Positions 9,684-17,298 of a stretch of 64,000 nt of DNA are shown piece after piece (positions within the stretch are counted from its first letter, which is position 1; each line of letters opens with the position of its first letter). The DNA is from a bacterium (GTDB lineage: Bacteria; 4484-113; JAGGVC01). Both the position numbers and the translations under genes were made by a program. The stretch lies in NCBI GenBank assembly GCA_039961635.1, contig JABRWB010000012.1, forward strand, positions 22,273 to 86,272, written 5' to 3'. The notes under the pieces were generated by a model. That model made no database searches. It was not told the origin of the DNA and saw only the letters and a list, made by a program, of their open reading frames with translations.

Positions 9684-10713
9684 GAGATACCGCGGACGGC
9701 GGACGGCATACTTTGCGTTTTGCTTCTGGGCGGTTGTGTTCGTCCTGCTGATCGCGCTGCCGTATCTGCGCCAGGCGTACTCGACGTTTTCACGCATACC
9801 CGAAAACAAGAACGCCGGAATCGAATCCCCGGCGGCGAAAAGCGATGCCGAATGGCCTCTGACCAAATTCGACGCACTGGGACGCGAAGTGACATTGGCG
9901 AAACCGCCGGAGCGCATCGTATCGCTCTCTCCCGCGATTACGGAAACGGTATTTGCGCTCGGCGCGGGGGGGAGGCTCGTGGGCCGCTCGGATTTCTGCA
10001 ACTATCCTCCTGAAGTTGCATACATAAAATCAATTGGTGGATTGCTCAACCCGTCGCTTGAAGACATCGTTCTTCTTCAACCGGATCTGGTGTTCGTGCA
10101 GAAGGTCAGCCCGAGGGAAATCGTGGAGAGGCTGGGGGAGGCGGGCGTCGCGGTTTTTGCGGTCGATGAGGCGACATCTCTCAATGGCGTTTTGGAGACG
10201 ATCCGGATAATCGGAATTATGTGCGCAAGCCGCGATAATGCGATTCGGCTTGAATTCGAAAAATCGGCGCTTATGGCGGAGTATAAGTCGCGCAGACGCG
10301 CGCACGCATGGCGCGTGTATTTCGGAGGAGTCGAAGCGCCGTACTACACGGCGGGAGAGGGCACGTTTATAGACGACCTGATTTCACTTGCGGGCGCCAG
10401 GAACATCGCGAGCGGGGAGGGAAGAGAACGGAAATCGTCGCAGGGATGGCCGCAGCTTTCGCCGGAGGAAATAGCCTCCGCGGATCCGGAGGTTATACTC
10501 GTCGGGCATTCTCCGCTCGTCGCGGGGAAAGATGCAACGGATTCCATTCTTTCCGCGGCGCGCAAAAATCCGGCGTTCCGAAACACCTCCGCCGTGAAAT
10601 ACGGACGGATTTGCGTAATAGATCAGGACGAGCTGCTGCGTCCGGGACCGCGCATTTTCAACGCGCTCGAAAAGTTCTCCGCATATCTCGACGGACTGGA
10701 GGATGTCGAGTGA
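9676..10713 (+). CDS. btuF: Periplasmic substrate-binding protein, BtuF/FhuD class (cluster A-2).
   Basis: ATG 9676 preceded by GGAGG; the track start 9577 is a 5' over-extension. N-terminal TM/signal FAFCFWAVVFVLLIAL. PBP motifs IVSLSPAITETVFALGAGGRLVGRSDFCNYP and LQPDLVFV. Overlaps the btuD stop by 8 nt. Confidence 0.85.
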   Translation: MVERYRGRRTAYFAFCFWAVVFVLLIALPYLRQAYSTFSRIPENKNAGIESPAAKSDAEWPLTKFDALGREVTLAKPPERIVSLSPAITETVFALGAGGRLVGRSDFCNYPPEVAYIKSIGGLLNPSLEDIVLLQPDLVFVQKVSPREIVERLGEAGVAVFAVDEATSLNGVLETIRIIGIMCASRDNAIRLEFEKSALMAEYKSRRRAHAWRVYFGGVEAPYYTAGEGTFIDDLISLAGARNIASGEGRERKSSQGWPQLSPEEIASADPEVILVGHSPLVAGKDATDSILSAARKNPAFRNTSAVKYGRICVIDQDELLRPGPRIFNALEKFSAYLDGLEDVE

Positions 10714-11741
10714 CCTCCCCCCCTATTAAAGAGAACGCGAATTCCAGAGATGCGAGGCTTGTGCGGCTTCTTGCAATCGCGCTCACCCTTCTCGCACTCG
10801 GATTGGTTCTTTCGTTGGCCGCGGGAAAGGAGTATGTCAATCCGATATCGCTGTTTACGGGCGCATATTCCGATGACGCCCACCGTAAGGCGCTTTCGAC
10901 GATAGTATGGTCGCTAAGACTTCCCCGCGCGCTCGGCGCGGGGCTTATCGGAATGTCGCTCGCGCTTTCGGGGCTTTTGTTACAGGCGTATTTCCGCAAT
11001 CCGCTTGCCGATCCGTTCATCTTGGGAGTGTCCAGCGGCGCGGCGCTCGGCGCGGCCGTAAAAATTATTTTCTTGCCGAATATTCCGATTCCCCTTCCGG
11101 TGTTCGCGCTCGCGGGCGGGTTCGCGCTTGTGTCCGGAGTATGGCTTATCGCCAGAGGCGTACGGGGAGATGAGACCGTTACGCTGCTGCTTTCCGGAGT
11201 CGCCTTATCGCTTCTTGCGGGAAGCCTTTTGAGCGTGCTCGTTTTGTGGGGCAGGCCTGGCGAAGTGGGGCTTGTGATGCGTTGGCTGATGGGCTCGCTC
11301 GCGGGCGTCGGATATCGCGAGGTCGCGTGGCTTGCCGCGGGCGCGGTTGCGGGGCTTGCGATTTCGCTTGCGCTTTCGCGCGAACTCAATGCGATTCTTT
11401 TGGGCAAAACCGTCGCGCAGAGCATCGGCGTGGACGTGCGCGCGGTGCGGCTGTGGGTCGTGGGCGCGGCGACCGCGCTGGCCGCGCTGGCGGTTTCCGC
11501 CGCGGGAATCGTGGGTTTCGTCGGCCTGGTCGTACCGCATATCGCTCGGTTGATCGTGGGGGGGGGCGCGCGGCGGCTCGTTCCGGTGGCCGCCGCGATC
11601 GGAGCATCGGCGCTTGTGTGGTGCGACTTGGGCGCGCGCGCGGCTCTCCCCTCGGGCGAGCTGCCGATAGGAGCGGCGACCGCGATTATGGGCGTTCCGT
11701 TTTTTCTTTGGCTGATGCGCAGGGGGAGGTATTTGGGATGA
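10710..11741 (+). CDS. btuC: ABC transporter permease, FecCD/BtuC family.
   Basis: GTG 10710 overlaps the btuF stop (GTGA). FecCD motifs LGAGLIGMSLALSGLLLQAYFRNPLADPFILGVSSGAALGAAV. Multiple TM helices. The track start 10308 is an over-extension. Confidence 0.85.
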   Translation: MTSPPIKENANSRDARLVRLLAIALTLLALGLVLSLAAGKEYVNPISLFTGAYSDDAHRKALSTIVWSLRLPRALGAGLIGMSLALSGLLLQAYFRNPLADPFILGVSSGAALGAAVKIIFLPNIPIPLPVFALAGGFALVSGVWLIARGVRGDETVTLLLSGVALSLLAGSLLSVLVLWGRPGEVGLVMRWLMGSLAGVGYREVAWLAAGAVAGLAISLALSRELNAILLGKTVAQSIGVDVRAVRLWVVGAATALAALAVSAAGIVGFVGLVVPHIARLIVGGGARRLVPVAAAIGASALVWCDLGARAALPSGELPIGAATAIMGVPFFLWLMRRGRYLG

Positions 11742-13642
11742 TTTTCCGGCTGCTTGCCGCTATTTGGTTGATACTTTCGCTAAATGCCGCGTGGATCGGG
11801 GCGGCCGAATGCCAAGATGAAGGTTCGGGCGGAAATTCCGAATCTGCCGCCGAAGCCGATTCGGGGCGGGACGATTCCGAAGAAATCGAAGTCGGCGAAG
11901 TGGAGGTTGAAGGCGAGAAACCCGCGTCCGCGGAATCGCTGCCCGGCGAGGATTTTTTGTTGATTGACATCGAGGATTTCTTGATTCCCGGAGAGTCGCT
12001 CGGCGATGTCCTTGATACGCTCGGGGGCGTCGAAGTGCGCGGCCTGGGGGGGGGACTGGATATGACGACGTTTTCGATCCGCGGCGCGGGCGCGCACCAA
12101 ACCGATATTCTGCTTGAAGGCGCGCCGCTTTCGCCCGCGACCGGCGGCGTTTTCGACCTCTCGCTGTTGCCGGCTTGGTTTGTGCAATCCGCTCTCGTCA
12201 CCCGCGGCCCAGGCTCGATAGGCGGGAAAGCGCTCGCGGGAGAACTGGATTTGCGCCTGGCGAACGATACAGGAACTTCATTTTGCTCCGGCCGCGGCAG
12301 TTTCGGGACTTATTCCGCGATGATGAGGGGCGGATGGAACGCAGGAAATTCGAATTTTGTCATGGCCATTGGCTATGATTCTGCGGACGGCGATTTCACC
12401 TACGGGCGGCGCGACGGGAAAACCTACACGCGCTCGAACAACGAACGCGAGCGCGTTGCGGTCGCGCTGTCTTGGCAAACCAAAAACGCCGCGCGGGACG
12501 ATTCCGCATTTTTGCTGGCCGCCGACCGCTCCGGCGGTGTGCCGGGGCTGTCGGAATTTCCGACGCCTTCGGCGCACCAGGACGACACGCTTTTTCTCGC
12601 CGGTTTTTCCTCGACGGACAAATCGTTTGAAAAGGGCGAGTTGACGTGGACCGGCTACTCGCGCGTCCAACACACGGGCTTCGGCGATCCTTCGCCTTAT
12701 CTTGGAAACGCGGTGTATGCTGATCAATCCGAATACGCCGCCGGCGCCGCGGTATCGTTCAGGCGTCCGTCGGGGGGGGGTATCTTCGGTGCAAAAATAT
12801 CTATCGATGGAGCGGTTCTTTCCGACGATTCCTACGGGAATCCTGAACGGAGAACAATCGCCGCGACTCTATGGCGCGAGTTTTACGCCGGCAAGGCGGC
12901 TTTTTCCGCCGCACTGTCCGGGGAGGCGGCGAGCGACGGCCCCGTCGGCTGGCGCGGCAAACTGGGAATGGAGCGTAAACTGGGTGCGGGATTGTCATTA
13001 GCGGGCAGCGCGGCGCGCTCGTTCAGACGGCCCGATTTCGCGGAGCTTTATTATCCCGAATCGGGATTCATCGGCGGCAACCCGGAGCTTTTCCCGGAAA
13101 CCGGATACACGTTCGATTTCGGCCCGCGATTTCGAGGAAGCAAGTTGGATGCTTCACTTGTCGGATTTATCCACCGGTTTTCGGAATCGATCGAATTCGT
13201 GCCCGTATCCGCATACCGGCTTCGCGCGGAAAACACGGGGGGGGTGCGAAGCCGGGGCGTATCGCTGGACATACAAGCGGCTCCCGCGGACGGATGGAAG
13301 CTGGACGGCTCATTCACATTCCTTGACGCGGAATACCTGGACGGCGGACTTCCGCTTGCGGGGAGGTCTCCGCGCAAATGGAGTGTCGGCATATCGCGCG
13401 AGTCCGCCAACTGGCAAGTGTCGGCTTCATTCCTTCACCGCTCTTCCACGCCCGTCGACAGATTCGGCTCGCTGTATGTGGGCGCGGCCGGCGATTTGTC
13501 CGCGGCTCTTGTTTTCAGGCCCGATGATTCCTGGCGGATTTCGGTGTCGGGATTCAACCTGCTCGACGAAGATATCCGGGACAGCCTGGATTTCCCCCGG
13601 CCCGGCCGCTCGTTTTTTCTTTCGGTAAATCGCGAGGTGTAG
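11738..13642 (+). CDS. btuB: TonB-dependent outer-membrane receptor, BtuB-like.
   Basis: ATG 11738 overlaps the btuC stop (ATGA) with SD GGGGGAGG. Signal peptide MIFRLLAAIWLILSLNAAWIGAA. Plug-domain motifs VEVRGLGGGLDMTTFSIRGAGAHQTDILLEGAPLSP and VTRGPGSIGGKALAGELDL. The barrel C-terminus ends ...FFLSVNREV, not the usual aromatic residue. Confidence 0.8.
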   Translation: MIFRLLAAIWLILSLNAAWIGAAECQDEGSGGNSESAAEADSGRDDSEEIEVGEVEVEGEKPASAESLPGEDFLLIDIEDFLIPGESLGDVLDTLGGVEVRGLGGGLDMTTFSIRGAGAHQTDILLEGAPLSPATGGVFDLSLLPAWFVQSALVTRGPGSIGGKALAGELDLRLANDTGTSFCSGRGSFGTYSAMMRGGWNAGNSNFVMAIGYDSADGDFTYGRRDGKTYTRSNNERERVAVALSWQTKNAARDDSAFLLAADRSGGVPGLSEFPTPSAHQDDTLFLAGFSSTDKSFEKGELTWTGYSRVQHTGFGDPSPYLGNAVYADQSEYAAGAAVSFRRPSGGGIFGAKISIDGAVLSDDSYGNPERRTIAATLWREFYAGKAAFSAALSGEAASDGPVGWRGKLGMERKLGAGLSLAGSAARSFRRPDFAELYYPESGFIGGNPELFPETGYTFDFGPRFRGSKLDASLVGFIHRFSESIEFVPVSAYRLRAENTGGVRSRGVSLDIQAAPADGWKLDGSFTFLDAEYLDGGLPLAGRSPRKWSVGISRESANWQVSASFLHRSSTPVDRFGSLYVGAAGDLSAALVFRPDDSWRISVSGFNLLDEDIRDSLDFPRPGRSFFLSVNREV

Positions 13643-13690
13643 TGTCCGCATCTTTCCAGATGCAAAGTGAATAATCTCGGAGGTTAGGAA

Positions 13691-14914
13691 ATGAAGAAGA
13701 ATGTTGTTATCAATATGTTCATTGCAACGGCGGCGTCGCTGGCCATACTGATTGCATCCGGATGCGGAGGCGGCTCCGGTTCCGCAAATCCGCCGCTGCC
13801 GCCCGGAACCAACAAGGTCACTCCGGCCGAGCTTCAGGCCGCGCTTAAAAAGGGGTTTTTCACGACCGGAAGCGCGCCGTCCAGATTCGAGGCGCGGGGC
13901 GCCGAAATATACACGCTCAACTCACTTTCGAACACGATGACCGTCAATTCCGCGTACGACGGCGCCGCGGTGCGCACGATTTCGTTTCCGGTCGGCGCCG
14001 GGCCGTTCGATTTGGAATGGGTCGGAGATGCCTGTTACATCTGTGCTAACGGCACGAACGCGGTTTACCGCTACCGGGCCGGGCAGGACGCTGTTGACGG
14101 CGAGTCTGTTTCGCTCGCATTAGGTGGTCTTGAAGCGCTTGCGTACATCGGCCCGGGAGAAATGGCAGCGTACGGCGGAAAACTGTACGTCCCCATTTCG
14201 GGGATAGTTTCGTTTGGTGACCCATCGAGCGGAATAGAAGCCGAGTACGCGCCCGGAAGAATCGCTGTGTTAGACCTTGCGGCTTTCGCATTCGAGCGTT
14301 TTATAAATGTTCCGTTTGTGAATCCGACCGCGGCCTACACATCGCCCGACGGAATTATCTATTTCGTTTGCACCGGCGAAAGCCAGTTCACCGCGGAATA
14401 CGAGGCCTATGCCGGCAGCGAGGGCGGAATTGTCGCGTTCAATCCAGCATCCGGCCAGGTCGTTTATTCTCTGTCGCTCGGCGAAACGCTGCCGGGCACG
14501 ATTATTCTGGTCAATCAGGATGTCGCCTACGTGGGAAGCAACCTGAAGGCAGAGGTGTACCGGGTGCGGCTGGATACGGGCATCGTTCAGCGCGGCCCGG
14601 ACAACCCTATCGTTCTCACGCAGGAATTCAGCTTCGTGTCGGGATTTGCAGGTCTTCCCGGCCTCGGCGTTCTGGCGGGAAGCTTCAACACCGACGAGGT
14701 GTTCTTCATCGATCCGAACGACGACGGCGTCGGCAAATCACCCTTTACGCAGCCGTTCGATTTCGGAGAAAGCGATACTTTCTTCGGCGGCGTCCAGGAT
14801 GTCTTGTATTTCCGGGAAAATGAAAAGCACAAGATTTTCGTGTTGCAGGGAATCGCCAACAAGGTCGGTGCGGTTGACCTTACGCAACTGTGGAACAGGA
14901 TTCGGCTTGAATAG
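13691..14914 (+). CDS. Surface lipoprotein, beta-propeller-like, hypothetical; last gene of the btu cluster.
   Basis: Lipobox LAILIASGC followed by a GGGSGS linker. Repeated blade-like segments (YTL..., VYRYRA, LYVPISG, IYFVCTG, VVYSLSLG, AYVGSN, VYRVRL). SD GGAGG before ATG 13691. Confidence 0.6.
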   Translation: MKKNVVINMFIATAASLAILIASGCGGGSGSANPPLPPGTNKVTPAELQAALKKGFFTTGSAPSRFEARGAEIYTLNSLSNTMTVNSAYDGAAVRTISFPVGAGPFDLEWVGDACYICANGTNAVYRYRAGQDAVDGESVSLALGGLEALAYIGPGEMAAYGGKLYVPISGIVSFGDPSSGIEAEYAPGRIAVLDLAAFAFERFINVPFVNPTAAYTSPDGIIYFVCTGESQFTAEYEAYAGSEGGIVAFNPASGQVVYSLSLGETLPGTIILVNQDVAYVGSNLKAEVYRVRLDTGIVQRGPDNPIVLTQEFSFVSGFAGLPGLGVLAGSFNTDEVFFIDPNDDGVGKSPFTQPFDFGESDTFFGGVQDVLYFRENEKHKIFVLQGIANKVGAVDLTQLWNRIRLE

Positions 14915-14988
14915 CTCCCATGTTCCTGTTTTGCAATTAACGCGGTTTTTGGGCTAATATCGGCCGTCTAAATCCGCAAGGAAGACAG

Positions 14989-15462
14989 ATGGCCGAATTA
15001 TTCGTGAAGTACGCGCCGCTTTGGGCAGCGCTGTTTTCATGGGTTCTCGCCCAGTGCATAAAGCTGGTGATTTCGCTCGTTCAGGAAGGGCGTATCAACG
15101 TCGCCAAGCTTATCGACACGGGAGGCATGCCCTCTTCGCACAGCGCGCTCGTCGCGAGCATTTGCACCAGCGTGGGGCTGATCCGCGGCTGGGACAGCAT
15201 CGAGTTCGCTATCACAGCTGTGTTCACCGCAATCGTTTTGTACGACGCCACCGGAATCAGGCGCAGCGCCGGGGAGCATGCGGCGGCGCTGAACGACATC
15301 ATTCCGCAGCTTCTTGCGGGCAAGTTCTTAAAGCCCGACACCAAGTTCCGCGAGGAATACCGGGAGCTTTTGGGCCACAATCCCGCGGAAGTCGTGGTGG
15401 GCTCGATACTGGGCGCAATCGTCACATTGCTGTTTCTCTACGGCTACGGGGTGGTTCGATAA
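14989..15462 (+). CDS. DUF212 / divergent PAP2 (YuiD-like) membrane protein.
   Basis: Hallmark GGMPSSHSALV motif and hydrophobic helices; about 157 aa. Confidence 0.75.
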   Translation: MAELFVKYAPLWAALFSWVLAQCIKLVISLVQEGRINVAKLIDTGGMPSSHSALVASICTSVGLIRGWDSIEFAITAVFTAIVLYDATGIRRSAGEHAAALNDIIPQLLAGKFLKPDTKFREEYRELLGHNPAEVVVGSILGAIVTLLFLYGYGVVR

Positions 15463-15495
15463 TCCGTGCGCGGGTATCTGCGCCGCCCGATTGAA

Positions 15496-16272
15496 ATGAA
15501 TGTGGACAATCTGGCGCAACTCCTGGTTACGAACGGGGCCGCGGATGATTTGAAGGCGGCCCGAATGCTGATTCGCAGGGGCAGGGTGACGGTAAACGGA
15601 AAAAACGCGTACGACGAGGAAATGCCGGTCAATCCGGATGCCGCAATAAAGGCTCTTTGCAAACCGGGCGAGTGGGCGAGCCGCGGAGGATTGAAGCTGG
15701 AAGCGGCACTGCTGCATTTCGGAGTATCGCCCGCGGACAAGGTCTGCCTGGATCTAGGCTGCTCGACGGGGGGGTTCACCGACGTGCTGCTGGCTTACGG
15801 CGCGGCGAAAGTGCATGCTGTTGACGTGGGATACGGAGTTTTGGACTGGGTGTTGCGAAATCATCCCAGGGTGGCCGTTCACGAAAGGACAAATGCAAGG
15901 TTTCTTACGGCTGAACAGGTGGGCGAATCGGTTGATTTGATCACGGCAGATCTCAATCACATTTCGCTTGCGGTTGCGCTGCCCGCTCCGGCGAAGCTAT
16001 TGGTCGAAGGAGGCGCGGTACTGGCGCTGGTCAAACCCCAATTCGAAATCCCGAAACAGTGGTGCGTCCAGCCGGATTGGCAAGGCGGAGTGGTCAAGGG
16101 CGATGCGCTTAGAAAACGGATTCTGGATTACTCGGTGGAAAGGCTGGAACGCGAGGGGTTGTCTTGTCAAGGGCTGTTCGAATGTCCGGTTGCCGGCCAC
16201 AAAGGAAACCGCGAATATTTCGCGCTTCTCAAGCCCGCTTTGGCTCATGCTGGAAAACCCCCGGTGATATGA
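15496..16272 (+). CDS. tlyA: rRNA (cytidine-2'-O)-methyltransferase TlyA (hemolysin A family).
   Basis: S4 RNA-binding start MNVDNLAQLLVTNGAADDLKAARMLIRRGRVTVNG, then an FtsJ-type MTase with LDLGCSTGGFTDVLL. The track start 15466 is also possible. Confidence 0.85.
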   Translation: MNVDNLAQLLVTNGAADDLKAARMLIRRGRVTVNGKNAYDEEMPVNPDAAIKALCKPGEWASRGGLKLEAALLHFGVSPADKVCLDLGCSTGGFTDVLLAYGAAKVHAVDVGYGVLDWVLRNHPRVAVHERTNARFLTAEQVGESVDLITADLNHISLAVALPAPAKLLVEGGAVLALVKPQFEIPKQWCVQPDWQGGVVKGDALRKRILDYSVERLEREGLSCQGLFECPVAGHKGNREYFALLKPALAHAGKPPVI

Positions 16273-16276
16273 TTCA

Positions 16277-17197
16277 ATGGCCGGGGCGAATGCCCGGACA
16301 GGCAAGTTGAGAAAAACATCCAAAATCGGCGTAGTCCTTCATCCGTTCAGGGTGAAGCGCAGCTTCATCGAGCGGAAGGTGTTTCCCGTGCTGGAACGCC
16401 ACGGGTTCGCGCCTGAATTTCTGTCGCCAACGCTGAACGAAACGAATCCGCCGCGGCCCGCCGCGCTGCCGAAAGATCACGGCCTGTCGTATTTGATGGT
16501 ATTCGGCGGCGACGGAACATATTTGGGAGCATCCAGGCTGGCCGCGCGCGCGGGGATTCCCATTATCGGCGTCGAAATGGGCAAAATGGGCTTTCTCTGT
16601 CAGGCGAAGCTCGAGGAACTGGAGCCTCTTGCCGCGTTGCTGGCCAGCGGCGGTTACGAGACCGAGAAACGGATACTGCTTCAAGGCTCGATTATCCGCG
16701 GGGGAGCGAAGGCCGCAAGCGACATAGCGCTCAACGACGTGGTTATAGGCAACGCGACAATCCCGCGGATGCTGGATTTGGATTGTTACATTGACGACAA
16801 TTTTCTGGTCAGCTATTACGCGGACGGCTTGATCGTTTCCACCCCCACCGGCAGCACCGCGTACGCGATGGCGGCGGGCGGCCCCATTATCGATCCGACG
16901 CTGCGTACGATAATGGTTACGCCCATTTGCGCGCACTCGCTTTACATCCGGCCTCTGGTCGTGCCCGAAGACAAAACCGTGCGCATCCTGCCGGAGCCGG
17001 GCGGCCCTCCGTTGATGGCGACATTCGACGGACAGGTTTTTTACAACCTGGAAGAGGGCGACGAAGTAAGGATCTCCCGCTATTCGAAGCCGCTAAAAAT
17101 GATCAAACTGCGCGATTTCAACTTTATCAACACGTTAATGAAGAAGTTTAAATGGGGCTTCAAGTACTCAAACGAATATACTTCGGGCGGAGCCTGA
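16277..17197 (+). CDS. nadK: NAD+ kinase.
   Basis: Motifs GGDGT, NDVVI, DGLIVSTPTGSTAYAMAAGGPI. The conserved tlyA-nadK adjacency is seen in many bacteria. Confidence 0.9.
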   Translation: MAGANARTGKLRKTSKIGVVLHPFRVKRSFIERKVFPVLERHGFAPEFLSPTLNETNPPRPAALPKDHGLSYLMVFGGDGTYLGASRLAARAGIPIIGVEMGKMGFLCQAKLEELEPLAALLASGGYETEKRILLQGSIIRGGAKAASDIALNDVVIGNATIPRMLDLDCYIDDNFLVSYYADGLIVSTPTGSTAYAMAAGGPIIDPTLRTIMVTPICAHSLYIRPLVVPEDKTVRILPEPGGPPLMATFDGQVFYNLEEGDEVRISRYSKPLKMIKLRDFNFINTLMKKFKWGFKYSNEYTSGGA

Positions 17198-17298
17198 AGC
17201 GAAGGTTGCCTGCCGAGCTTCACAAGCCGCCGCGCAGGTTAGCGCACGGGCATCCCCTGTGCTAATATCGTCGTTCCCAAATCACTGTTGGAGATGTC

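Noticed and set aside
9003-10001. 332-aa minus-strand ORF spanning btuD/btuF
   Set aside because: Antisense to two well-supported ABC transporter genes; Arg-rich.
10658-11425. 255-aa minus-strand ORF inside btuC
   Set aside because: Antisense shadow of the FecCD permease; Ser/Pro/Ala-rich with no motifs.
11246-11737. 5' 164 codons of the track's 798-aa btuB ORF
   Set aside because: Overlaps the btuC coding region in another frame. The true start is ATG 11738 with SD and signal peptide.
16274-16936. 220-aa minus-strand ORF opposite nadK
   Set aside because: Antisense of NAD kinase.
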